NCBI GenBank assembly: GCA_903813345.2
Contig: CAIIXF020000001.1
Coordinates: 3,844,001 to 3,908,000, forward strand
DNA from: Owenia fusiformis
Lineage: Eukaryota
Length of the DNA: 64,000 nucleotides
Reading direction: 5' to 3'
This document shows positions 37,127-51,113 of the stretch, piece by piece (position 1 is the first letter of the stretch; the number at the start of each line of letters is the position of its first letter). Both the position numbers and the translations under genes were made by a program. The notes beneath the pieces were generated by a model. It did no database searches. It was not told the DNA's origin and saw only the letters and a list, made by a program, of their open reading frames with translations.

Positions 37127-38929
37127 GTTGACTAACAGTATATAGGAATTATAAAGATTTGCTTTAAGGATAAGCTCCAAATTTTCGTGACATTTTTTGA
37201 ATAAAACTATGTATTTTCTTTCAAATACAAATATTCATCTATTAGTATTTAATTTATTTTCAGGACAGATGGACAGACTCACAAATGTGGGGCTTTTCTT
37301 TATCTCTTTCAAACTCCATAAGTTGGTATAATAAATCAAGAAAGGAATATATTTAAACTATTTGTAAAACTAATTAATTTTATTTATATAATACATTTGT
37401 TAATATAATCCCATTCATATTATTCCAACAGATACAACCAATTAGAACATATAGAACCTTTATTAGCGGCTTAACATCAATATTTTTCTTCTTAAATGTA
37501 TTTATATTTCATATTGGTGTCAGTAAACCATACAACAAACAGTAGTAACAATGAACAAATTAGCAATCTCGACCATAACGAGTTGACAATGGTGTAAATG
37601 CAGTTAGGGGGTTGGATTGAAAAATCAAAATTCATAAAAAAAACTTGATAAAAAAACGTCAAATTTATGGGTTAACCTCCAATTTTCTCACTCAAAAAAT
37701 CACTACTGTTAGTTAAACTAATATTGTTATACTGTTTAATCTACTCATCTTACTCAAACATACCTCCAGGATTAGAAAAATGGATGCAGTCCAGGTCTGT
37801 TGCCAGTCTTTTGCAAAGGGGGAGTTCCAGGGGGTTCATATATGAAAATTTTGGCTCAAAATCACTTGAAATATGCTCAAAATGGTGAAAATTGCATGAT
37901 TTTGAAAGAACTTTTGGTCAAACCAAACCACCCTGACTATTGGGCTGCAGTCACACAATAATCTTTACTGCACAATCAATCAGATTTACGAGATTGTATT
38001 TTCAAGTCTACCTCTTGACACTTCCCCCACCATTACTGGTTGAAAGTCACTCACATCCATTTCAGAAAGTGGGAATATTCCACAACCACACACATATACA
38101 AAACACTCATAATTCATCATTTGTACTTGACAGATAAATATATCTTGGTTCAGTTTGAGATGCAAAATTGATACTGTCATTTGGCCTCCAGTTAATATTG
38201 TGATTTACATGGCTTTATCTCTCTTGCAGAATGACTCTTATTATGTGTCTATCAAATGTTGAGTTCACAAAGTTATAATATAAACATTGTACAATTTTAA
38301 AAGATTTTATACACCCATAATGAAGAGGATTTGGGGCTCTGGGGGTTCACTCTGAATACTTTGGGTAGGTATGTGCCCCGGTATGTGTGTAGCACAGCCA
38401 ATTTTGGCTTTGGGCATAAACCATGGAACCCCCCCCCTGGATTTGGGGTGTTTGAAATCTCAGGGCATTCCACATCAAGTACATAAGGCATTTCCATGTT
38501 ATCTAAGGGGATATTATTAGGGATATTATTACATAATGAGTTCAAAATGTACTTTATGTGCCTTTTCAAAGCAATCGTGTGTGTCATTTCCACTGACTGT
38601 TTATTGACCATAGTATTTAGGATAAATAACAGATAAGTGAATGGTAGAAATGAAACTTGCAATGTACATTACAATGTGCTATGTCAATGGTACCTAATGT
38701 CAGTCAGAATTAAAATATATTCCTGACAAGGACGACCTTGATAATACATACAGTAGTATTCAATATCAAATTCAATATAAGAAATAACAATTCAGAAGAG
38801 AACAGGAAAATAGTTACCTATTTAATGGTTTGATATTGGTTCTTTAAAAGACAGCTTCAGCATCATTTACTCAACGCTCTGACACTTTAAGGCACTAACA
38901 TGACAAAATGTCACCATCAAGTTGCTCAC

Positions 38930-39365
38930 AATAGTTTTGAATTTCTGAGAACTTGTAGAAGATTTTGATAAAAAAAATTGGTCAATATGAAGCAAGTTGA
39001 AAAATACATTTTGACCTTTTTTGACCTGGAGCAGGTCATTGAATGTCAAATCTCTCATCTTTAGTCAGATTTGAACTTCTAAGATCTTGTAGATGATTTT
39101 GAAATAAAAATTTGGTCAATTTGAAGCAAGTTGAAAAAAGACCTTTTTGACATTCTTTATCTTTAACCTTTTTTGACCTTGAGAAGGTCATTGAAGGTCA
39201 AATCTTAAATTTAAAATCAGATTTGAATTTTTTTGACAATTTGTAGATGATTTCGAAAAAAAATTAAGTCAGTCGAAACAGTATTTGTTAAGTTATTGGA
39301 AGTTGTAAAAATTTGTTAGAGGCTGATCGCCAACCACCAATCTCCTTTTTGGTGGTGACATAAAA
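38930..39365 (-). mobile_element. HINE-like relic with ~150-bp TGACCTT-type tandem units
   Basis: About two and a half copies of TTGTAGATGATTTTGA...GGTCAAT.TGAAGCAAGTTGAAAAA...TTTTTTGACCT.GAG.AGGTCATTGAA, ending in GGTGGTGACATAAA. Confidence 0.5.
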
Positions 39366-40167
39366 ATATGTGGAGTAACGGTAGGGGGATGGATGGTGAA
39401 ATGTAAACTTTGGTACATATTTTAAAGAGGGGAAATAGCTGATTATAATACCATTGGAAATGTATAAGATCAATGTGCTAAGTGCTGGGTGCTGGTAAGT
39501 ACACTGTAAATGTTTTGTCTAAACATGGACTTACAAAAACATCAAAGGTTATATTAACCCAGTTTTTTGCCATGATTCAATACAAAATAAAACCTCAACA
39601 ATGACTGTATTTTCTTAAGAAATTGTAATAAAGTAAATCCTTCATCAAAGACTTCAAAAATACAATACATGAATGAATCAACATTTGTCCCTGAATGGGA
39701 TTGATACATATTTACAATTGTGGAATGTAATCAAGATATGTTTTGTTGATATGAAACTGAATGTGTTTGATGTGGTCAGTTGAAGGATCTCCTATATATA
39801 ACATATACACCCAACATTTACTTATCTACATGGTGATAAGTACAGCTTCAGCTAGAAAGAGATAAGTGAAGATTAATGTACATATATCTTGTTGTCCCTC
39901 TTGTAGGCGCCTTGCATCTCTTTAACACCCTTATTGTTGTTGTTAATAGTTTACATCAGTGTTTATTTATGTACATAACATTAACAGGTGTAAACCTCCT
40001 ACAATGATCCCCCTCGCTTCCGGCACTCAAGAGATTAGCAGCATAACTCAATAATACCAAGAGACATGACATGAGATAATATGGCATATGATATAATCAT
40101 AATTTCCAGTTAAGTGATAGCTGGACAAAGTGGTACAAACATTTTTTGATTGGTTCATTAGCCATTC

Positions 40168-41390
40168 CTGGTCAATTCAACACTAAGTAAACTCAACCCA
40201 AGTTATCTCAACCATAGTCATCTCAACTATTGGTCAACTCAACCCAAAGGAATCACAACCATTCAGTGACATCAACCCCAAGTTAATTCAACCCAAGTCA
40301 TCTCAACCATTGTTCAACTCAACCCCAAGTCAACTCAACTTAAGTAATTTCAATCACTCTCAACTCAACCCAAGTCACCTCAACCATTGTTCAACTCAAC
40401 CCAAGTAATCTCAACCAGTGGTCAACTCAACTCCAAATTAACTCAATCAAAGTCATTTTAATTATCGTTCAACTCAACCCAAGTCACCTCAACCACAGGT
40501 CAACTCAACCCCAATTAAATTCAACCATAGTCACCTCAACTATTGGCCAACTCATTCCAAAGGAAGTCAACCCAAGTCATCTCAACCATTGGTATGTCAA
40601 CCCAACCCTTGGTTATCTCAACCCCAAGTCATCTCAACCATTTGTCTTTGCCGGGTTGGCCTAGTGGTTAAGGCATTGGTCTGAAAAGCAGGAAGTCTGG
40701 CTTCATGCTGAAAAGTAGGGGTCTTGGGTTCAAACCCAGGTCACAGCACTTCTTGTGATTTGTCTTTGACCTATGACTGCTGACCTATACTGGCGATTAC
40801 TAAAGTGCTACTGACTCGATAAAAGGCTGGCGCTGGCTAGAATTGTCTATGGTTCTAGCCAGGATAAAGATACCAGTTCTTCAACTCGACAATGGGAAGA
40901 ACTGTTCTACTTTAATGACTAATATGTCATGATATGACATCTAAAGAGTCAATAAAAGATATATATATACTAAACCTCAAATTAGCTCAACCCGTGTCAT
41001 CTAAACCATTGGTCAACCCATCCCCAAGACCATAGTCATCTCAACTATCGGTCAAGTCAATCCAAATACATCTCAACACAAGTCATCTCAACCATTGGTG
41101 GTTAACTCAACCCAAGTCATCTCAACCATAGGTATACTTAATCCTTGGTCCTCTCAACCCTATGTCATCTCAACCATTGATCAACTCAACCCAAAGTTAA
41201 CTCAACCATAGTTGGGTGAACCATTGATCAACTCAACCCCAAGTTAACTCAACCCAATTCATCTCAATCGTTGGTAGCCAACTCAGCCTCAAGTTTACTC
41301 AACTCAAGTCATCTCAGCCATTGGTCAACTCAATTAAAACTTCACTTAACTCAAGTCATCTCAATCAACCATTTGTTAACTCATCCCTAA
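40168..41390. repeat. Degenerate ~31-bp minisatellite (AACTCAACCCAAGTCATCTCAACCATTGGTC), interrupted by a SINE
   Basis: Many CTCAACC-based units on both sides of 40650-40970. Confidence 0.88.
40650..40970 (+). mobile_element. tRNA-derived SINE
   Basis: A box TGGCCTAGTGG (40657-40667) and B box GGTTCAAACC (40727-40736), then a non-tRNA body, a 3' hairpin ATGTCAT..ATGACAT and an AATAAAA(GA)(TA)n tail. Confidence 0.75.
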
Positions 41391-41411
41391 AACAAACACA
41401 CAGCGAAATTG

Positions 41412-41615
41412 TGAACCTGAATTGAATTTAAAAGTCACAGACAGAATAAGATAATACAAAACAAGCGTTTTCAATGTTTTCCTTTACCTAGTGTTCTTCC
41501 TTCTTCCCATGCACATGTTGAACCTGAATTTGATTTAAAAGTCACAGACAGAATAAGATAATACAAAACAAGCATTTTCAATGTTTTCCTTTACCTAGTG
41601 TTTTCCTTCTTCCTG
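41412..41615. repeat. ~107-bp tandem duplication
   Basis: TGAACCTGAATT...AAAAGTCACAGACAGAATAAGATAATACAAAACAAGC...CCTTCTTCC occurs twice with few substitutions. Confidence 0.88.
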
Positions 41616-42252
41616 TGACTTTGAACAATCTTTAGATCCTAGATACGACAAATGAGAACAAGAGCTTGTTTAACCCCATTGATGCAATATGAGCCAACGG
41701 TTGCGTTGAATCAAAGGAGGGGAGCTAGAGATTTACCAATACTACAGGTATAGTAGGATAGATATACGATTATGAAGAAGAGCGAAATAAGATACAGAGG
41801 AAAGACAATGGGGAAGGGGAAGACGCTGGGGAGACTAAGCGGGAAGTATGCAGAAGAGGGAGGAATGAAATAGAGGAAAGTATGACAAAGAGAAGTTGAA
41901 AGCATGAAATAAAGAGAGGGAAGAGGGAAGCATAAAATAAAGGAAAAAAACTGTAAATCACGACAACATAATTATGAACGGGACATTTGAGGTGAGGTCA
42001 CAATGTATTTATCTTTAATGTTCAAACCAATATGTGGACTAATTTTAAGGTTAGCTCTGTTTACTTTTTCAGAGATCCAGGTGCTCTTCACCTTGTTTAG
42101 CCTAAAGGTCAATTCTGGTCCCTTTAAGTCCATACAACAATAGGATCATTTGACCAAATATTCTCTACTCATGAGACATTATCACATTTTTGACATATGT
42201 TAATTGTAAACAACGACATTTCGATATCTCATGATCAGCAATAAAGTTACAA

Positions 42253-42640
42253 TCATATCAAGTTCACTGAAAAAATCGAATCAACTGAAACGACTGAAGT
42301 TGATTGTATTTGCCCATCATAGTCATATAACGTAACTTTACTGAGGCTATCGCTGACACAAGTCTGTTCTAGTTGATCATCAACCATAACATGAGCTCTC
42401 ATTACAAAACAATGAACATCAAACTCATCCACAACAAGAACATTCTCAACTGGTGGAATATGCTGACCATCAATAGTGTAATCAATAAGGTCAGATATAT
42501 TATGATTAAAGATATATTTTACATGGAGCCAAAAGGTAATACTGTCTACGAAGCTCAGATGACTGGCCACACAAGTTGCATGTGCCCCAAATGCTGTCCT
42601 TATTGTAACATCTATTTTTGTGTTCAAATAAAACTGACCG
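42253..42640 (-). other. Orphan exon-like ORF (unknown product; possible exon or pseudo-exon)
   Basis: 138 open codons with globular-looking composition, a pyrimidine tract at the 5' side, and an in-register antisense frame that is also open (42373-42735). No ATG near the start of the frame. Confidence 0.35.
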
Positions 42641-44996
42641 GAAATGAAAATGGAAAAAGTGAACTGCAATTTTCTTTAGAAAGTGTGGAACTGCTATTAA
42701 AGCATATATGTACAGGTATATATCGTAAAATGTAAAAGTACATGTTATTGAAATTTCATAATGTATTTCAAATCAGATAATTAAAAGCTATATTGAATGA
42801 AATTATTAGAATATAATTTTTAAGTAAATTGCTGTAAAGGGGATTTATAATGATCCACGAGAGGTCAAATCAGGTAATAATGAATTACAATTGTAAATGG
42901 AAGTTTTGGTGCTCAAGTGAACTTATCTTGTGAAGTGTGTCTTTCAATTGAATATTAAACTTACATAGCAACTGTCTACTCTCGAACAATGTCAATAGGG
43001 GCATCTGGCAAATCTTGCTCTAAGGACAGGCAAAATGATAACATGTATGAAAATAAACCCAGGCATGACCATTTCATTACGAAAGGTATTACTAAACAGA
43101 TTGATAAAAATGTCCCCATTGTAATTGTAATAGCAACAACAATCTACAAGTTTTTTTCAAAATCATTCCCCAAGCCAAAAATGTTAAATTGGTAGACATT
43201 TTGGAATATGACACCATTTTGTACATTCAGCTGACTCAGCTACATGTTGATTTCCAACACCTATGAAACATGATCAATTACAATATGAAATAATCTACAA
43301 ACTGTATTTGAGCTTATACGAGATAAACTAAAAAAACATTTTAGGATTGAAATAACCAGGTTGCAAAATTGTCTCCTTTTGGTGAAATCTAAGCCCATGA
43401 CATGATACCAAATTAGAAAATCCTTCTCGTTTAGACAAAAGTGTTGGCATTTTTTGAAGTCAGCAAAAACTCCTTCTCATGTTGAAGTCAAATTGCCATA
43501 AGATTTAGCCTTATAACTTTTAGATCAAATCTGATAACCTTTATTTAAATTATCAGAAATTACATTTTCTGGAGAAATGTTGGCCATTTTTAATTTAGTA
43601 GAAATCTTAAAAATGTCTTTTTCAGAGGCCCTATGTTCCTGAGGCATCAGCTTATACCAATCTTTGAGTTATCAATGATTACATTTTTACAAAATATGGC
43701 AGCCATTTTAGATTGAGTGGCCATATTGAAAATTATTTTAAAAAATTGTCAACTTGTAGAGGTATCATCAACGTTTATCCAGATTGCTCAAGAACTAGTC
43801 AGTCTATGTCATAAAGTTCCATGCCAACAAAAAGGGTTATCATACGAGAAAGGGTTTCATATTGAAAGGTTTGGCTGGAAACTCAGACTTTACAGACAAA
43901 TTTTCAGGAAGGAAAATCAAGAATGGCTGCCTTAAAAATTTACTCAGCATCCATATTATTCTTGTTAGTTTCACCTTTCAAATATATTGTAACCCAAGGG
44001 CAAATTATCTCCTTAATCCTCATGGAGCCTCTACTCTGACATTCATGAAATAATAGTCATCAATATACACAGTATGCGTCATCTTAAATTTCCGAGGCAT
44101 GAAGCTATCAAATTGTGATTGAAAAATGAATTGTTTTAGGAGTATGGGCCATGCTATCAATGGTATGGGCCAGGCTATCAATGGTATCATGGTCAACCAT
44201 GTTGAAAAACATAGAGAAGGAAAAACAAACATTAGCTGGTGGTCTACATAATGTTTATAAATATAACATTTTAAAGCTTTTTAAAGATGTTACTAATAAA
44301 ATATTTTCATTTAAAACACACTGTGCCAAGCAACGTTATAAATATTGATCTGAAAAGGTTGTATAATGAATTAATTATTCAACTCTTCAAATTAATATTG
44401 TTTCAAGCAAAAGGCCAAATCAAGGTGGCAACTTGTTCTTGCATATAAATTAAAACTTGATATTAAAATCCAAGATTGTTCATCTAGGGTATCCTTGTGT
44501 GTATTAAATGAGGTTACCCTGGAAGAACCCTCTAAGCTGTATAGTGTTTCCAAGGAGCGAGAGCATGATACAGCAAGAATTAGATAAACAGATGGCTAAA
44601 GAGAAACACGATAAAGTCAACTCCACTGAGTAGAAAATCCCCAAAACATATTAGATTTCAAAAAGTCCATAAATCTTATTTCTTGCCATGTTTGCCATTT
44701 TGAAGATAAAGGGGAGGCATAGTTGATTGAGGTGACATTTAATGGGAACTTGTAATCACACATGTGTCATCTGAAAGGGATGAGGCTAAATAAAATCAAG
44801 GCATGCATGAGGGTCATGTAATGTGAGGTACTAGATACAGGGTTTATTTAGAGGGGAAAATAAACATATCTCCCATGGGGAATATAACTGGTACAGTGTA
44901 TTTGAGTTGTCAAAGATTATATTTTTGACAAAAATGTGGCAAGTTTGAACTGAGCAGCCATATATTAGAAATTCCTTCTTGAGCAGAGGTCCCTTT

Positions 44997-46181
44997 AAGG
45001 GATGTCAGGGGACAAAAATATTTCGGGACGGAATGGGACGGGAATTATCCATTCTGGGATGGGACATTGGGGACAGGACATAACCAATAAAATAGTTAAT
45101 AAGTTGAACAACTTTTCCGTCTACTTCCGGTTATGTTTATGCAGCGTGTATCTTTTGAACGTCATTAGAGGGCTGCGCATGTTGCGCAAAAACTTGTAAT
45201 CTGAGATTAATTTTAAAGGGTTACGATTAGCATCCCGTATAAAAACAATATGGCGGCTCCAGGCGAATCAACTGGATCAGTCCATTTTTAAGAAATAAGG
45301 GGAGTTCTGTAAAATCCAGTTTATTGAAATTGTCTTTGAGATAAAGTAATCCGTTTATAATGATTTTGAAAACGTTATCCAAAGAGTGATTGCGTTCAAA
45401 GAATACATGTACAAAAGCCAATATAAATCCTTGTATTAGAAACCGGTTTGTCTTGCTTTGTTTCATTTGTAGGATATTTCATATGCCAAGCTGTGTGCTA
45501 TTACGTTATGGGGAAATTTAGATGCCAGTTTTTCCTTATTGTTCACAAATAGAAGATCCTGAAACTTCACCCATAAATGTGGAATTGATTTGTCAAAATA
45601 AAAATCACCCTTTTATAAATGTGTGACGATCTATAATATACTTATGCTATATAACAGTTAGAGGTGTTGACACAACGACCTCGAACCTGTGAACCCTTGA
45701 GTATTATTCCGGGATCGGGCCTTTTATACTAAACGGTGAGCAACACAAGAAACGAGCGTTCGATTTGCTAAACGATATGCGTCACCCTTTAAGTTGTTAC
45801 CTTTCTCACCGATGAAGTTCTTTGTTATTGTTTAAATTAAAGCATCTAAAGCATATTTCAAAGGGAAACACTGGCTGTTATCAATAAAACTGAATGTTCT
45901 GTCCTAATTTTCATTTATTATAATCACTTATAGTAATTGCCACTAGATGGCATTTACGCATGAAAGTAATCTGGCAGATAAGTTGTAAAACGAAAGAGAA
46001 TTCTAGTTTCGATCATATTTATCGTGCACTCGGATAATTTGGGAAGTTTTAGGGTCATATACAGGAGAAATAGTATATCCTGAACATGGACCGAATCTTC
46101 GGTACACAAGGGTTGTCCCATCCCGTTGCGAGACCAAAGTCCGGAGGGACGGGACAGTATTGGGAAACCGTGACATCCCTA
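44997..46181. mobile_element. hAT-like non-autonomous element inserted into a HINE relic
   Basis: TIR (T/A)AGGGATGTCA, subterminal GGGAC repeats, and an imperfect 8-bp TSD GTCCCTTT/ATCCTTTT. The flanks (44930-44996 and 46190-46340) join into a minus-strand HINE-like relic. Confidence 0.72.
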
Positions 46182-49100
46182 ATCCTTTTCCTAAATGACA
46201 TCAGGCAATAAACTGAATCTGCACTGGTATTTGAGTTATCGACAAATGAATGAATGGATAGACAGATGAATAGATGGATGGATGAAAAGACAATCAAATG
46301 GCTTTTCTACATCTCTCCACAAGTTTGGTGAGAGAACTTAGAATATGCAAATGTGTTCAATGGAATATTTCAGGTAGTGACATAGTAAAATAATCTGGTG
46401 TAGTGTTATATTTTCACAGCTAATGCATTGATCCAACCCTGATTTGAAATTTATTTATTTGAGTTACAATTATCTCACACAGATATCTAAACAATCCAAA
46501 CAACTGGAACAAATGTATCACAACTTCTAAACAATTTCCCTGTACTGGCATTATACATTGTATGTACTGCCCAAGATTCATTTCTTCAAGGTAACCTCCT
46601 TCATAACAGGATCATTAGTGATTATGGTAAAAAGCACGAGATAAGGTAGCAAGGTAAGTAAGGTAAGTAAAAGTAAGATATGAATGGCACTTTAATATAT
46701 GTATAAAGATGGATTATATGAGACTTGATGTTATAAGCCTCTTTAATACCAAGATCATGTCAACCAATAACAATGTTACCCTTAATCCCTATTAGATAGC
46801 CACACCCCAGAGCCATGGTATCCTCTGACTTAAGATATTTTACCGTTTAATATCATAGATAAATCTCAATGATCCAGATGTAATTTTCATAGGATTTTTC
46901 AAACTACATCTTTAAGTTGGAATTCAAAGAAATCAAAAAATAAAGAATAATTTCTTAGTTTTAAGAGTGCACATGAGGTTAATATTTTGCACAGGGTTAC
47001 CAATGTCAATGGTCTTCACACTATCTATAACACCCGGTGGGTGGCCATGGTTGTGCAGATGAGAAATCACTAGGATGAAGAAAAATCTTCATCATAGGTA
47101 ATTGGTAATTTTATATGTTATTGTGATCTCAAGGCCTCCCGAATGACTCTCAGTTTTGTAAGGCAATGTCGCCTAAAATGTTCAAAGATAATAAAATATT
47201 TTAATTAAAAACAAACCCACAGACTGGCACAGAGATAACTGGACTGCATGATGTATCAGATAAAATGAGAAACATGTGAATGATATATGAAATAGATTAA
47301 TGGATCAACATGGTTACACATAGCACAGACATGAGAGAAGCTTGGCTTTTTTGGTTTGGTTTACACTTTCAAGACGTACTTATAAGTTGCATTTTAGACA
47401 TGCATATATACTTGTTTGTCATTTTAGTACATGTGAATATATTTTTTAGATTAAGATGGCGCTGCAATCAATGATTATAACAGAATACTCACAATATTGG
47501 GTCGAATGGTCATTGGTCAAAAAACTCAAAAGACAGTGGGTATAGTATCAAAGTTCTTCAACATGATGTTTGGAAACAAAACAAATATACCATCCTACAA
47601 GTATTTATATTTTGAGAACATATGGCACGTTGTTTTGATGGCACTGATAGATCCAGCTAAAAGAAATATTTTCTAGGTGCATCAATGCTGAAAGTAATCT
47701 GGGTCAAAAATAATGAACTGGTTTGAGGTTGGAGTATTTTCGTTTTGTTTTAATGGAACACATTTAGATTTCAGACATCTGATGGAAAATAAAGTTTTCA
47801 ATACACCCCAAGTACCATTTACAGTAGTTGTTTGGTTAGTTGGTTTATGTAAGGCCTTGTAATCGCAGCATTGTCTCCTGGAGACATTTTTCTTTGCCCC
47901 CAGGGTATTTTCCTCGTCTCCCCTATCACCTTACCCAGGTATTGTCCCCAGCTCCCTTTCATTTTCTTTCTACCATCTCATTTCCATCACATCTCATCAT
48001 ACTCATTCCCAAATCCCACATCCTCCAAACGCAGGACTCCAGACATCATCCACTCCATACTTTTCTTCTTCCAAGAGTTCTCGAGACCTGTGTTCGGAGG
48101 ATGAAATCCCACTTCTTATCATTAATCTTTCACATTGTCCCATTTTTACATCTGTCTACCATCTTATTTTCTATCACAAAAGTATAGTTTGATATAAATG
48201 GCAACATATTTATAAATTCATAACATCACTTGACAAATTGAAATAATAATGTGAGCCCATATACTTATTATCATGAAATGTGGTAAGCAATTATCATGGT
48301 TCCCATTAACAATCATCAATTTCTACAACTAGCAACATCAATAATTATGTATTATAAAAAGTGAACTTTTACACAGGAACTGGTGAAGGAGTTCTGCTTA
48401 TGAAATAAAATTACGTGTTAAGGTATATCTGTATGATGAGTAATTTCATGTAATATTTAATGATAAAAGTAATATTTTTCAAAATTATATGTAGAAGCTT
48501 ACACATTATTAGAAAATGCATATTTCAAAATTAAATTATTTTGTTAAAGAGATGTTGAAATTCCATTTCCTGAAATCATTTTTCAATTTTTTCTGAAAGT
48601 ACATAACCACCTTAATAAAAACCACTGTCTGTATTCAGCAGAGGCCTGGAGAATAATACGTACTTAGAAAACTAGAACCAGGGGTCATCTAAGATAAGTT
48701 GCCCTCCAACCACAAGATGTTGGAAAATAGACATACTACAGTACTGTATTATCTTGACAATATAAATGTATGTGGTAAACCATTAATACATCAACCTGAA
48801 TGCTTGTACCTTTCAAAACCATTCACAAAATAGTAACACTGATATTTCCAGCTACCCTGTAGTGACATTATCTAGAAACACTACCCTCTGAGGAATACAT
48901 ATGATTTTAATACAGGGTGGGCCAAATACATCAATATTTTTCATTTGCCAATAAATTTTTTTGCAGGAGGTACTGGGATGAATGCTGTTATTGTTCAAAA
49001 AGTGATTAAAGAAATCTGCAGGGGTTTGCATGGGTAGGAAAGGTTAACATATACTAGGGAATCTTAATACAACTACACAAACGTCAGGATAATATTCAGA

Positions 49101-50728
49101 ATAATTTTAAGGGGGACACATAGGTTAAGGTACTCATTATATTCCGAAATTAATTCAAGAGAAAAAATAAAATAGAATTAAAGATTATTGAATTATTATA
49201 GATTATTAAAAGGTTATAGCAAAATTATAACATAAACATTTTTTGGCCTATCCTGTAGTTTAATACTGATTTTAAACATCACAAATATTGATCTCATGGT
49301 CTTGAAATTGGATTTTGAACGTGAAATTAATATAAGCCACATTTTAGAGAAATTTTCACCCTGAAAACATTTGAATTAGATATAGGTGTGATCAAAGGAA
49401 TATTTCTAATTTAAAGAATGTAGTAAAGGGTAATTCATTTAACAATGTTCTTTACAATATGTGCAATCTTCCAATATGAAATTAATAATTACCCGGTTTC
49501 TATTGTAAAAGCGTCAGTAGTTGTCTTGTTTAATATTAGTTTGAACAACAATTGAAGGCATCAATCATTAATGCTTTTGATGCTATACTACAATGTGGTA
49601 CCATATTTGTATGACATTACAAAAACACATAATACTATCCATTGATCAGTACTATATTTATGAATGTTTCCAGCAGGTTATGTGACAATACTGAATAGCC
49701 AGAGATAATTAGGATAACAGAACTCCCTGCGGATTGGCATGTCGCACCAAACATAATATATTTTATCAAATCATTTCTCATTTTGAACATTTCATGATAA
49801 AGTGAAACTTGAGGTCAAATCAGAATTTTCTTGTCTCAATTTTAAGAATCAACTGATATTTGGGAGTTTTCTGCATTTTCTCATTCCATAATAATAAAGG
49901 CTTTCCCATGCAACTTCTTTGGATGAATGAAAGTAGCAAATATTCTTATAAATGGGCTTCTTACCATAGGGCTATATAAATATAGGGACCTTTGATCTTC
50001 CAGGGTTGCAACATTTTCAAACCAAGATTCCCTGAACAAATGTTTGTTTCTCATATTGATTTTAGTTTTTATTTAGATTTTTTCCTATTTCATGTATTTT
50101 CAGTTTGTGGTAAAATTTTATCTTTACAAAATTTCAACTACTTAAAATTCCTTAACTTTCCCCAACCTTTACCAGAATTCTCAAATTCCCCAGGTATTTT
50201 TGAAGAATTCCCATAGTAGGTTTTCATGACTTTCCCTGACTATGGCAACTCTGTAAGCAAAAAAAAAAGATAAACACATAATGAACAGAATGACCCAAAA
50301 GGATAGAGATAAAGTGAACATGTATAAAATTGATACGACAAAAATGAAATAGCTTAGAAAAAAGGAATTTGAAATTGTATTATTGTTTATTTATTGTTTA
50401 TTTTTTTTCATTTATTGCTGAGCCTCAAGGGTCACTGTGTCTGAATCTAAGTACAAGTTGTGGTTTTTGTTCTCTATAATTTATATTAAAATCTCTATTT
50501 AAGATGTTATACTAAATGAATATATACATCTCTATGTAAAGTACCAGAGCAATACGGCACAATCTAGTTGCATCCAGGAACACTGATAGCATAATTAAAG
50601 CCGCTCAACAATAAATAATCAAACATGCAAAAGATTAGATGATTCATTTGAAAACCAATCAAGGTTAGGCAATCTAACAAATGCTCGAGCCATTCTGGCA
50701 CCAATTTATGAAACGGCAGGACTGTACA

Positions 50729-50968
50729 TGGAGTCTTTAAGTGCACAATGATTCTTGTATCAAACTGCACAAGGAGTCTAAACTGCAAATTGTAAACTGC
50801 ATAACAACTTCATAATTCCAAGGAGTCTGAAACTGCACAATTATAAGGAGTCTCAAACTGCACAAGAAGTCTCAAACTGCACAATTATATGGAGTCTTAA
50901 ACTGCACAATTATATGGAGTCTCAAACTGCACAATTATAAGGGATCTCAAACTGCACAAGGAGTCTAA
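50729..50968. repeat. ~25-bp minisatellite AAACTGCACAATTATATGGAGTCTC
   Basis: About 8-9 full or partial copies. Confidence 0.85.
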
Positions 50969-50986
50969 TAGGGTAGCATTTGCAAA

Positions 50987-51113
50987 TTCAACAGCCAGCT
51001 GATTTTTTAACCAACTGTTTAATGGTCAACTCATTTAAATATGAATAGTACCCACCACTATTCCATCCATATTTAAATGAGTTGGTTAAATTGTCAGCCG
51101 TCAGCTGGATGAA
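50987..51113. repeat. Small imperfect palindrome (MITE-like relic)
   Basis: CAACTCATTTAAATATG ... CATATTTAAATGAGTTG inverted arms. Confidence 0.55.

Noticed and set aside
38297..38662. 121-aa minus-strand ORF
   Set aside because: It has a TTG start, no domain and overlaps a repeat-like GC patch; it is consistent with a chance ORF.
40650..40750. Functional tRNA gene
   Set aside because: The internal duplication disrupts the cloverleaf, no T-run terminator follows, and it continues into a SINE-like body and tail.
47825..48190. Pyrimidine-rich ORFs or a possible retroelement 3' end with an (AACC)n-like tail
   Set aside because: Translations gave no convincing motif. The ORFs are explained by strand composition bias, as at 41711-41961.
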